Assembly (NCBI GenBank): GCA_041745895.1
Contig: JBGTIC010000046.1
Location: 1-63,714, forward strand
DNA length: 63,714 nt
Origin: Gammaproteobacteria bacterium
GTDB taxonomy: Bacteria > Pseudomonadota > Gammaproteobacteria > Steroidobacterales > PWYM01
Reading direction: 5' to 3'
Part shown: positions 19,223 through 27,752 of the stretch, piece by piece
Layout: every line of letters starts with the position of its first letter
Numbering within the stretch: position 1 is the stretch's first letter
The notes under the pieces: generated by a model
What the model saw: the letters and a program-made list of their open reading frames with translations, nothing else
What the model was told of the DNA's origin: nothing
Database searches by the model: none
Translations under genes and position numbers: made by a program

Positions 19223-19822
19223 ATGCTTAGAGTTGTCGTTGCCATCGTCGTGGGTACTTTCGTGACCTTCAGCCTGCTCTGGGTCATGCAGTACCTCATC
19301 GTCATGGGCGTGCCCGCACTGGGGGAGGAGCGTACGTTCCGCTTCGTCGACTTTGTCCGGGTGCAGCGTGACGAGCGCACGGAAACCCGTGAGGACAAGC
19401 CCGAGCCGCCGCCAACGCCGGATGCGCCGCCGCCTGACCAGCCCGACCGGCAAATGGATAATCTGGACATGGCCTCGGGTGCAGGTTTCGGCGTCAGTGC
19501 CCCGAGTGTGTCTCATGAACTGGATATCGGCCGCGACGGCTTTTTCAGTGACGGTGAATACATGCCCATCGTCCAGGTCGCACCGAATTACCCGCGCCGC
19601 GCGCAGATGCGCGGGCTGGAGGGTTACGTCACGCTGGAGTTCACGGTGACACGCCAGGGCACGGTCCGCGACCCCCGCGTGATCGAGTCGAGCAATACGG
19701 TGTTCGATTCCTCGGCGATCGATGCGGTGATGCGGTTTCGATATCGGCCCAGGGTTATCGATGGAGAACCCGTGGATGTTCCGGGGGTCAGATTCCGTAT
19801 CACGTTCCAGCTCGAGGGTTGA
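19223..19822 (+). CDS. tonB: TonB family energy transducer
   Basis: 199-aa ORF with an N-terminal TM segment, a Pro-rich linker PEPPPTPDAPPPDQPD, and a C-terminal TonB domain (YPRRAQMRGLEGYVTLEFTV...AIDAVMRFRYRP). Confidence 0.88.
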   Translation: MLRVVVAIVVGTFVTFSLLWVMQYLIVMGVPALGEERTFRFVDFVRVQRDERTETREDKPEPPPTPDAPPPDQPDRQMDNLDMASGAGFGVSAPSVSHELDIGRDGFFSDGEYMPIVQVAPNYPRRAQMRGLEGYVTLEFTVTRQGTVRDPRVIESSNTVFDSSAIDAVMRFRYRPRVIDGEPVDVPGVRFRITFQLEG

Positions 19823-19864
19823 GGTCGGATGATTCGAAGCAGTTGCGAAAAGGAGGCCGGACCT

Positions 19865-21184
19865 ATGGACTATGCAGCGCGTTTCTGCCGCCGGAGCCGG
19901 ATCGGCCACGCCGTCGTGGCATCAGTTTTCGTATTGATGCTTGCAACAGGGCCCGGCTCGCTGTCGCCGATTGCATCGGTCCACGCGCAGGAGGAACAGG
20001 AAACCCGTCAGGTTCAGGCGCTGCGCGAACGCGTCTTCCAGGGCCTGGCCGCCGCTCAGGTGAAACTCGAGGCTGACGATTATGCCGGTGCCCGCCGGGA
20101 CATCGATCAGCTTCGTAACATCGCCGATCTGAACAGCTACGAGCGCGGGCAGGTACTCTATTTCACTGGACTGATCGATTACCAGCAGGAAAACCTTGCC
20201 GCGGCTGTGCGGGCGTTCGAGCAGGTCGTGGCACTGCCGGATCTGCCTACCGGCTTCATGAACGACACCCTTTGGACCCTGGTGCAGCTGGCCATGGCCA
20301 CCGAGCAGTACCGCAAGGCCATCGAGTACGGCAACCGCTGGCTGAGCACGGCCCAGAATCCGGGCGGTGACCCGTTCTATCTGCTCGCCGTGGCCCACTA
20401 TCAGATCGAGGAGCATCGCCAGTCGGTGGATTTTCTCAATCGCGCGATCGAGATTGCCGAGCGTGATCGCGGGGCGCGCGAGGAGTGGTTCGCGCTGCTC
20501 AGGGCCGGGTATTTCCAGCTGGAAGACACCCGGCGCTTGCGCGAGGTGCTCGAAATTCTCGTCACGCGCTGGCCGAAAAAAGAGTATTGGACCCATTTGT
20601 CTGCGGTGTATGGCGAGCTCAACCTGGAGCGCAAGCAGGTCGCGGTCCTGGAGACAATTTATGACTCCGGGCTGATGGATCGTGAGAACGAGATCGTGCA
20701 GCTCGCGCAGCTCTACATCCAGAACGGTGGCCCCTACAAGGGCGCGAAGATCGTCGAAAAAGGCATGGAAGAGGGCGTGATAGAGCGCAACGAGCGCAAT
20801 TACCGCCTGCTCTCCCAGGCCTGGATGATGGCCCAGGATGACCGCCGCGCAGTACCGCCGCTGGTGGAAGCGGCGCGGCGCTCCAACGATGGGCAGCTCT
20901 ACCTCCAGCTCGCACAGTCCTATCTGAACCTCGACCAGTATCAGCAGTGCGTCGAGGCGGCACGATCGGGCTTGAGTCGTGGCGGTCTGCGCCGTGCAGA
21001 TACGGCCAATGTCGTGCTGGGCATGTGCCTGTTCGAGATGCAGCAGTATGAGCCGGCCAAGGAGGCGTTTCGCGCCGCCAGAAGCGATGATCGCAGCCGT
21101 CGCACCGCAAACCAGTGGATCGAGTTCATCGACAAGGAAGTGGCGCGCAAGCGCGACCTCGATCGACAGATGCAGCGTGGCTGA
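19865..21184 (+). CDS. TPR-repeat protein (TtpD-like), last gene of TonB2-type cluster
   Basis: ORF 19829..21184. Start set at ATG 19865 because AAGGAGG lies 8 nt upstream. It has a signal-like N-terminus and repeated A/L/Y-rich TPR-like helices. Confidence 0.7.
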   Translation: MDYAARFCRRSRIGHAVVASVFVLMLATGPGSLSPIASVHAQEEQETRQVQALRERVFQGLAAAQVKLEADDYAGARRDIDQLRNIADLNSYERGQVLYFTGLIDYQQENLAAAVRAFEQVVALPDLPTGFMNDTLWTLVQLAMATEQYRKAIEYGNRWLSTAQNPGGDPFYLLAVAHYQIEEHRQSVDFLNRAIEIAERDRGAREEWFALLRAGYFQLEDTRRLREVLEILVTRWPKKEYWTHLSAVYGELNLERKQVAVLETIYDSGLMDRENEIVQLAQLYIQNGGPYKGAKIVEKGMEEGVIERNERNYRLLSQAWMMAQDDRRAVPPLVEAARRSNDGQLYLQLAQSYLNLDQYQQCVEAARSGLSRGGLRRADTANVVLGMCLFEMQQYEPAKEAFRAARSDDRSRRTANQWIEFIDKEVARKRDLDRQMQRG

Positions 21185-21226
21185 CAGTTCCCGCTGACGG
21201 CCAAACGCAAGTCTCCCATCACGAAA

Positions 21227-21256
21227 CGGGCCCGCCTTGCGGGCTCGTTTTTTTTA
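21227..21256 (+). terminator. rho-independent terminator after the TonB2-type cluster
   Basis: CGGGCCCGC-ctt-GCGGGCTCG stem followed by TTTTTTTTT. Confidence 0.8.
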
Positions 21257-21375
21257 TCTGTCTGGCCGCCAGGTGCAGCGGGGCGTGGCAGCGCTTATTG
21301 CCGATTGCCTGGCGGTACCGGTGCCAATAGAATTGCGCAGGTTTGTGTTTACACCACTGCATGCACGAGGACGTA

Positions 21376-21696
21376 ATGCCGAAAGTCATCTACATACAGC
21401 CGGATGGAAGCCGGCGCGAGGTCGAGGTGGAAGCCGGCCTGACGGTCATGGAAGGGGCCGTGAACAACGATGTGGACGGCATCGTGGCCGAATGTGGTGG
21501 CGCCTGCGCGTGTGCGACCTGCCATGCCTATGTCGATGAGGCCTGGGTGGCGAAGGTGCCGGCGATGGACGATATGGAAGATTGCATGCTCGACGCCGCC
21601 TACGACCGCAAGCCGTCAAGCCGGCTGACCTGCCAGATAGAGCTCACCGACGCGCTGGACGGGCTCGTCGTCCATGTTGGCCAGAACGAACATTGA
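21376..21696 (+). CDS. 2Fe-2S ferredoxin, adrenodoxin/putidaredoxin type
   Basis: ORF 21343..21696 trimmed to MPKVIYIQPDGSRREVEV.... Cys ligand pattern CGGACACATCH...C. 106 aa. Confidence 0.85.
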   Translation: MPKVIYIQPDGSRREVEVEAGLTVMEGAVNNDVDGIVAECGGACACATCHAYVDEAWVAKVPAMDDMEDCMLDAAYDRKPSSRLTCQIELTDALDGLVVHVGQNEH

Positions 21697-21723
21697 CGGG
21701 CGCGCTTCGAGCCCGCGCTGGAT

Positions 21724-22563
21724 TCACTGCGTCAACCACGCCGCCAACCCGGCCCATGCCATGCGCAGCCCGGTGATGAGCAGGAATCCGGCGAACGCGT
21801 AGCGAAGGGTTTTCGCGGGGAAATGATGCGCCAGGCGCACACCGTAAGGCACAGCCAGCAAGGTTGTCGGCAGCAGGCATGCCACAGCCAGCAGGTTCAC
21901 GTAGCCCAGTGACAACGCTGGCAGGCCCTGCTGGGCCCAGCCCGTGACGACGAAACCCAGGGCGCCCGGCACTGCGATCAACAGGCCAAGGGCTGCGGAG
22001 GTGCCCACGGCGCGGTGTACGGGAATCCCATAGGCCGTCATCGCAGGCACCGACAGCGAGCCGCCGCCGATGCCCATCAGTGCGGAAACAGTGCCGATGC
22101 TCACAGGAATCGTGGCACCGCGTACCCCGGTGGGCAGACGAACTCCCAGGCGAAAACCGTCGCCGAAAAGGCCCAGCCACGCAGCCATCGCAAGTACGAC
22201 GATGCCGAAGAAGACGGCGAGCGACGCGGAATCCAGGACAGTCGCCACCGCCACGCCGATCAGCACCCCGACGACAATCGCCCATCCCCACCGGCGCAGG
22301 ACCTCACCGGATACGGCGCCGCGCGCATGGTGGGCGGCGGCCGAACGAATCGAGGTGGGTATTATGAGCGCCAGGGACGTGCCGACCGCAATGTGCATCA
22401 GCTGATCCTGCGGCGCCTGCGCAATCAGCATGACCTGATAGACCGCAGGCACTACGATGATGCCTCCGCCGATACCCAGCAGGCCTGCGAGAAGGCCTGC
22501 GAAGACCCCGGCAACGAGCAGCAGCGAGACAAGCCAGAGCAACTGGGTTGCGCCAAGTTCCAT
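21724..22563 (-). CDS. TauE/SafE (DUF81) family anion exporter
   Basis: 279-aa polytopic ORF with duplicated LGIGGGIIVVP / MGIGGGSLSVP motifs. Confidence 0.8.
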   Translation of the reverse strand: MELGATQLLWLVSLLLVAGVFAGLLAGLLGIGGGIIVVPAVYQVMLIAQAPQDQLMHIAVGTSLALIIPTSIRSAAAHHARGAVSGEVLRRWGWAIVVGVLIGVAVATVLDSASLAVFFGIVVLAMAAWLGLFGDGFRLGVRLPTGVRGATIPVSIGTVSALMGIGGGSLSVPAMTAYGIPVHRAVGTSAALGLLIAVPGALGFVVTGWAQQGLPALSLGYVNLLAVACLLPTTLLAVPYGVRLAHHFPAKTLRYAFAGFLLITGLRMAWAGLAAWLTQ

Positions 22564-22653
22564 GCGCGCTCCGCAAAAGCAGCATTGTAAACCCGAGGCT
22601 TTGGCAACGCTGTACTACAATGGCGTCACATCGATCTCGGGAGCCGCCGGCCC

Positions 22654-23313
22654 ATGTCAAACCAGAGTCTTTCGCTGACGCCCGCACTGTATGACTACAT
22701 CCTGCAGGTGTCGCTGCGTGAATCTCCCGTACTTCAGGCGCTGCGGGCAGAGACTGCGCGCATGCCACAGGCCAACATGCAGATCGCGCCCGAACAGGGA
22801 CAGTTCATGCAGATGCTGGTGATGCTGTGCGGCGCACGAAGAGTCATCGAGGTGGGTGTCTTCACCGGCTACTCCAGCCTGGCGATGGCACAGGCACTGC
22901 CAGCGGACGGCGAACTTCTGGCCTGCGATGTCAGTGAGCAATTTACCGCGATTGCTCGAGAGTACTGGCAACGCGCCGGCGAGACGCGCATCGATCTGCG
23001 TATCGGCCCGGCCGGTGACACCTTGGCCGCGCTGATCGAGCACGGGCAGTCCGGCAGCTGGGACCTGGCGTTCATCGATGCCGACAAGACAGGCTATGCG
23101 GGCTATTATGAGCAGTGCCTGGAATTGTTGCGTCCGGGCGGACTCATCGCGTTGGACAACACGTTGTGGGGCGGTGCCGTGGTCGATGCGCAACGCGACG
23201 ATGAGGACACCCGTGCGATCCGCGCGCTGAATCTGCGTCTGCTCGATGATTCGCGCATCGACCTGAGTCTGGTGCCCATCGGCGACGGCCTGACACTTGC
23301 GCGCAAGCGATGA
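22654..23313 (+). CDS. class I SAM-dependent O-methyltransferase (family 3, caffeoyl-CoA OMT-like)
   Basis: 219-aa ORF with VIEVGVFTGYSSLAMA, FIDADK and GGLIALDNTLWGG. Confidence 0.85.
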   Translation: MSNQSLSLTPALYDYILQVSLRESPVLQALRAETARMPQANMQIAPEQGQFMQMLVMLCGARRVIEVGVFTGYSSLAMAQALPADGELLACDVSEQFTAIAREYWQRAGETRIDLRIGPAGDTLAALIEHGQSGSWDLAFIDADKTGYAGYYEQCLELLRPGGLIALDNTLWGGAVVDAQRDDEDTRAIRALNLRLLDDSRIDLSLVPIGDGLTLARKR

Positions 23314-23326
23314 ATCGGCTGCGGAT

Positions 23327-23650
23327 TCAGCTGCCAGGCGGTGAATCGTCTGAAGGTGTTTCGTCCTGAGCAAACACGCGGAAGATCCGCTCCAGATAGG
23401 CTTCCCGCCTGCGCATGCGCTCGGTTTCGATCTGTTCATCGACTTGGAAATGGTCGACTCGAGCGCGCGATAGCAGCTTGTCGGCATCGAGAAGTCTTTC
23501 GAGCGTATCGATACGGTCGTAGGCCACGGACAGTTCAGCCGCGAGCTCGACCACCACTGAATAGAGCTGGTCGATCGCCGGGTCATCGAAGAAATGCGGT
23601 CGGCGCCCCTTTGACTGACGTGGCAGCCTGTCCCTGTCACCGTGACTCAT
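23327..23650 (-). CDS. hypothetical protein (107 aa, charged/helical)
   Basis: The ORF starts 5 nt after the stop of the upstream gene in the caiB-like operon. I recognised no family. Confidence 0.55.
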   Translation of the reverse strand: MSHGDRDRLPRQSKGRRPHFFDDPAIDQLYSVVVELAAELSVAYDRIDTLERLLDADKLLSRARVDHFQVDEQIETERMRRREAYLERIFRVFAQDETPSDDSPPGS

Positions 23651-23655
23651 CTGCG

Positions 23656-24552
23656 CTACGCTTCGCTGGCAACCAGCTCGATCAGCTCGCCGGCGACGCC
23701 GCGCAGCGTCAACGCTGGACGATTCCGGTAGGGCGCGGTCGTGCAGGTATATTGGCCGCCGAGCGCGTCGGCCAGAAACGGCGCGAGCTGTGGCACTTCG
23801 AACGTGACCATCGACATGGCCGGGGGCAGGTAGCCGGGCTGGACCCGGCGGGCCACGGTCTGAGCAGGATATCGATCGGCCTCGATGAAGCTCTTGCCAT
23901 CGAGCGCCAACGCCGCCAGATCATGCAACTGATCTGATGGAAGGCCCAGTGCGTTGGACAGCACGGTGATTTTCACAGGCATGGCAGGGCTGTGTGGCAC
24001 TTCGAAGCGCGCCTCGAAGTACGCCTGGAGCGCCTCGAGACTTGGACCGCCAAGGATCACAATGAAGGTACGATCCACATCGCAGCGTGGCAGCGGGGTA
24101 TCAAACTCCGGGAGCTGTCGCTTGAACTGCGTCAGGTAGAGCACCTCTCGCGCTGGACCCTCGATCTGCAAGGCCCGGATCGCATCGGTGAACGAGAGAT
24201 CTTCGGGTGGACCGATCATGCGAAAGGGCGAATCGGCAAGTCGTTGCGCCATGGCGTCGACATCACGCACGATCAGCTCGGCGGCATTCCAGCCCCAGGT
24301 GGTCAGTGCGCGGTAGTCACCAGTCTCTCCTTCGACGATTCGAAACCAGAAATCGTCGCCTTGCTCGGGCGCCAGCAGGATCTGCCGACTGCCCGCCTGC
24401 GCCGGTGCGCCCCAGCCTGTGGCCACCGCCGCGGAGACCTCGAGGCTTGGGTCTGCATCGACCTGGCGATAGCCCAGCCAGCGCTGATAGGCTGCCGCCA
24501 GCACTTCCGGCTCTTCGGCAGTAATCGTGACGCAGCGAATCGGTCCGAGCAT
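23656..24552 (-). CDS. hypothetical protein, possibly two-domain VOC/glyoxalase-like fold (uncertain)
   Basis: 298-aa ORF in an operon with the isochorismatase-like and caiB-like genes. The fold assignment is only a guess from length and pattern. Confidence 0.5.
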   Translation of the reverse strand: MLGPIRCVTITAEEPEVLAAAYQRWLGYRQVDADPSLEVSAAVATGWGAPAQAGSRQILLAPEQGDDFWFRIVEGETGDYRALTTWGWNAAELIVRDVDAMAQRLADSPFRMIGPPEDLSFTDAIRALQIEGPAREVLYLTQFKRQLPEFDTPLPRCDVDRTFIVILGGPSLEALQAYFEARFEVPHSPAMPVKITVLSNALGLPSDQLHDLAALALDGKSFIEADRYPAQTVARRVQPGYLPPAMSMVTFEVPQLAPFLADALGGQYTCTTAPYRNRPALTLRGVAGELIELVASEA

Positions 24553-24599
24553 TCAGCATCTCTCCTGGTCGCAGACCCGCGGGCCAGCAATATGGCGCT

Positions 24600-25232
24600 C
24601 TAGTTCGGCAGTGAAGTCAGGTAGGCTTCAACTTCGGCCAACGACCTGACCTCAGCATACTTGGCTTGCAGATCGAACAGGTTGGCCTCGTGAGGCCCCG
24701 GATCGCGGTCGCCTACGGCATCGCGCACGACCACAGGTATGAAGCCGTATTGCATGGCATCTACGGTGGACGCACGGATACACCCCGAGGTCGACAATCC
24801 TGCAATCAGCAGCGTATCCACCCCCAGCGCGGTCAGGGTCGATGCCAGACTGGTGCCGAAAAACGCACTTGCATATTGCTTGGTGATCACCGGCTCGGAT
24901 GCCACCGGTTCCAGCCCCTGTGCGAAGGCGCCCATGGGCGAACCGCGTTCGAAGGCACGCAGTGCGGCAACCTTCTTGAAGAAAACACCGCCGTCCACGC
25001 CGCCTGGCGTGAACGACACGTTCGTGTGCAAAACCGGGATGCCGGCGCTGCGCGCGGCACCCAGCAGGCGCACGCAATGCGCCAGGGCCTCTTCGACGCC
25101 CGCGTAGAGCGGCGAGTCGCGATCCAGGTAGGCGCGCACGAAATCGATGATCACCAGCGCCGGCGTGGTACCGAGCGCCAGCGCGCCACCGAAGCCGGCG
25201 GCCTGATAGTCGGCTTGCAGGTCCTTCGCCAT
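24600..25232 (-). CDS. isochorismatase-family (cysteine) hydrolase, N-carbamoylsarcosine-amidase-like
   Basis: 210-aa ORF with ALVIIDFVRAY (catalytic Asp), ITKQYASAFFGT (Lys) and IAGLSTSGCIRASTVDA (nucleophile Cys). Confidence 0.8.
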   Translation of the reverse strand: MAKDLQADYQAAGFGGALALGTTPALVIIDFVRAYLDRDSPLYAGVEEALAHCVRLLGAARSAGIPVLHTNVSFTPGGVDGGVFFKKVAALRAFERGSPMGAFAQGLEPVASEPVITKQYASAFFGTSLASTLTALGVDTLLIAGLSTSGCIRASTVDAMQYGFIPVVVRDAVGDRDPGPHEANLFDLQAKYAEVRSLAEVEAYLTSLPN

Positions 25233-25267
25233 AGTTTGTCCTCTTGTTCGGGCAGCGTGCCGGGCGA

Positions 25268-26482
25268 CTAGATGACGCCCTGTGCGTGAAGTTCGGCCAT
25301 GCGCTCGTCATCCAGCCCGAGCAGACCTTTGTACACCTCCTCATTATGCTGGCCCAGCTCGGGACCTGCTGAGCGTACTGCACCGGGTGTCAGGGACAGC
25401 TTGGGCGCGACGTTCTGCATCTTGATCTTGCCAAGCTCCGGATGCATGACCTCGACGATGGCCTTGCGCGCCTCGAAGTGGGGGTCCAGCAGCATCTCCG
25501 GTGCGCGGTAGATCCCACCCGATGGGATGCCGTGCTGGTCCATGAGGGCTACCAGCTCGTCCTGAGTCACTGTACGGGTCCACTCCGAGATCAGGTCGTC
25601 GAGTTCCTGCTGGTGACGGCCACGCGCGGTGTGGGTGCTGTAGCGCGGATCTTCAGCAAGTTCCGGGCGCTGCATCGCTGCCGTCAGCCGCTTGAACACC
25701 GTGTCCTGATTGGCGGCAATCAGCTGCAGCTTCTCGTCTTTCGTCGGGTAGACGTTGGACGGGGCGACATTGGGCAGAATCGAGCCCTGCCGCTCGCGGA
25801 TGTATCCCACAACATCGTATTCCGTGATCAGCGATTCCATCATGTTGAGCACGGCCTCATAGATGGCCGAATCGACCATCTGTCCCTTGCCGGTACGTTC
25901 GCGGTAGTGCAGTGCCGACAGCGCGCCCACGCAGGCAAACGTCGCCGCCAGAGAATCACCGATACTGATGCCCATGCGGCTGGGCGGCGTGCGCGGATCA
26001 CCGCAGACATAGCGCAGCCCGCCCATCGACTCGCCGACCGCACCGAAGCCTGCGCGCTTGGCGTAGGGGCCGGTCTGACCGAAGCCGGAAACCCGGATCA
26101 TGATCAGCCGCGGGTTGATCTTCGCGAGTTCCTCATAACCAAGTTGCCATTTTTCCATCGTGCCGGGACGGAAATTCTCCAGCAGGAAATCGGCATCCCT
26201 GACGAGTTCCCGAACGAGCGCCTGGCCGGCCGCTTCGCGCAGATTCAGGGTGACCGACTTCTTGTTGCGGGCGATCACGGGCCACCACAATGACTTGCCG
26301 TGCGCCTTTTCCTGTCCCCACTCGCGCATCGGATCGCCCTTGCCCGGCGGCTCGACCTTGATGACCTCGGCGCCGAAATCTCCGAGCAGTTGTCCGCAGA
26401 ATGGACCTGCAAGCAGGGTCCCCATTTCGATGACGCGCAGGCCCGAGAGGGGGCCGCCGGTGTTGTCCGCGTTACTTCCCAT
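25268..26482 (-). CDS. family III CoA-transferase (CaiB/BaiF family)
   Basis: ORF 25268..26590 trimmed to MGSNADNTGGPLSGLRVIEMGTLLAGPFCGQLLGDFGAEVIKVEPP..., followed by ENFRPGTMEKW. Confidence 0.88.
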   Translation of the reverse strand: MGSNADNTGGPLSGLRVIEMGTLLAGPFCGQLLGDFGAEVIKVEPPGKGDPMREWGQEKAHGKSLWWPVIARNKKSVTLNLREAAGQALVRELVRDADFLLENFRPGTMEKWQLGYEELAKINPRLIMIRVSGFGQTGPYAKRAGFGAVGESMGGLRYVCGDPRTPPSRMGISIGDSLAATFACVGALSALHYRERTGKGQMVDSAIYEAVLNMMESLITEYDVVGYIRERQGSILPNVAPSNVYPTKDEKLQLIAANQDTVFKRLTAAMQRPELAEDPRYSTHTARGRHQQELDDLISEWTRTVTQDELVALMDQHGIPSGGIYRAPEMLLDPHFEARKAIVEVMHPELGKIKMQNVAPKLSLTPGAVRSAGPELGQHNEEVYKGLLGLDDERMAELHAQGVI

Positions 26483-26571
26483 GCACTTGTACCTGTAGTT
26501 TTCTGGATTCGAGGGAGAGCAGGCGCCCTTTTGGATCAGCTTATCCCGACGGATCTGAGGCGGGATCGACG

Positions 26572-26584
26572 TAGTGTATACAAT
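26572..26584. promoter_or_regulatory. TAGTGTATACAAT, TGTATACA palindrome site A
   Basis: Read directly from the sequence, about 95 bp upstream of the caiB-like start codon. Confidence 0.5.
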
Positions 26585-26634
26585 CGGCATGTCAAACTGG
26601 TCAAGGCTGGACCGGCTTGGGCGGATTCGCCGTG

Positions 26635-26648
26635 AGTTGTATACAATT
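26635..26648. promoter_or_regulatory. AGTTGTATACAATT, TGTATACA palindrome site B (best copy)
   Basis: Read directly from the sequence. AATTGTATACAACT/AGTTGTATACAATT is a near-perfect 14-bp palindrome about 75 bp upstream of the HMG-CoA-lyase-like start. Confidence 0.5.
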
Positions 26649-26659
26649 GCCGGACGAAT

Positions 26660-26671
26660 CCAGTATACAAT
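26660..26671. promoter_or_regulatory. CCAGTATACAAT, TGTATACA-like palindrome site C
   Basis: Read directly from the sequence. Its dyad is 24 bp from site B and about 50 bp upstream of the HMG-CoA-lyase-like start. Confidence 0.45.
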
Positions 26672-26719
26672 CGGGGACTTGAGACGCGACGCTCAGTCGC
26701 GCAGAAATGGTGGGGTTTG

Positions 26720-27634
26720 ATGCAGAACATCGAGATCGTCGAGGTTGGTCCGCGCGACGGCCTGCAGGGTGAACCCGAGGTGCTCGGCACCGCAATGAAG
26801 GTCGAGTTCATCAATCGCGCCGTTGCGGCCGGCATTCGCCGCTTGGAAGTCGCGAGTTTCGTGCATCCCAAGAAAGTGCCGCAGATGGCTGATGCGGAAG
26901 CCGTCCTGGCCGGTCTGCCGCGATGCGATGACGTGATCTACGTCGGCCTGGTGCTCAATCGCCGTGGCTTCGATCGCGCGCTGGCCGCCGGGGTGGACGA
27001 AATCGGCATGCCGGTCGTCGCCACCGATACCTACAATCTTCGCAACCAGGGTGTGCCCACGGAGCAGTCGATCAATGACTGGCTGGAGATCGCCGAGGCG
27101 GCCCACGAGGCCGGAATCCGTTGCAGCGTGACGATCTCTTCTGCGTTTGGCTGTCCTTTCGAGGGAGAGGTCGCCCTGGCTCGGGTGCTGGACATCGCCC
27201 GCCGGGTCGCTGCAGGCCGGCCGGTAGAGATCGCGCTGGCCGACAGCATCGGGGTGGGCGTGCCCTCGCAGGTCGCCGAGATGATCGCGGCCGTCCGGCA
27301 GCTGCTCCCGGACATGCCACTGCGCTGCCATTTCCACAACACGCGCAACACTGGACTTGCGAATGCCTACGCAGCAGTGCAGGCCGGGGTCTCTTCGCTG
27401 GATGCAAGTATCGGGGGTATCGGCGGATGTCCGTTCGCCCCGGCGGCCACCGGCAACATTCCGACCGACGATCTGGTTTACATGCTCAACCGATCAGGTA
27501 TAAACACGGGTGTGGATCTGGCTCGAATCATCGAGACCAGCGAGTGGCTGGCCGCCGCCCTTGGGCGCAATGTGCCGGCCATGCTCCCGAAGGCAGGCAG
27601 CTTTCCCGAGATCGCCTCCGGCAAAGCAGCCTGA
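26720..27634 (+). CDS. hydroxymethylglutaryl-CoA lyase family (HMGL-like) enzyme
   Basis: ORF 26717..27634 (TTG) trimmed to ATG 26720. Motifs: IVEVGPRDGLQ, CHFHNTRNTGLANAYAAV and GGIGGCPFAP. Confidence 0.88.
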   Translation: MQNIEIVEVGPRDGLQGEPEVLGTAMKVEFINRAVAAGIRRLEVASFVHPKKVPQMADAEAVLAGLPRCDDVIYVGLVLNRRGFDRALAAGVDEIGMPVVATDTYNLRNQGVPTEQSINDWLEIAEAAHEAGIRCSVTISSAFGCPFEGEVALARVLDIARRVAAGRPVEIALADSIGVGVPSQVAEMIAAVRQLLPDMPLRCHFHNTRNTGLANAYAAVQAGVSSLDASIGGIGGCPFAPAATGNIPTDDLVYMLNRSGINTGVDLARIIETSEWLAAALGRNVPAMLPKAGSFPEIASGKAA

Positions 27635-27752
27635 CGCATGAGCAATGATCGTTGCGTGGTGCGTCAGGCGACGTCCCACAATGCGCTGACCAGAAAACCA
27701 ATTCAGGCAGGCCTTGCGGTCTGCGGCAACAACCAGCCAATCAGGTGAACAG

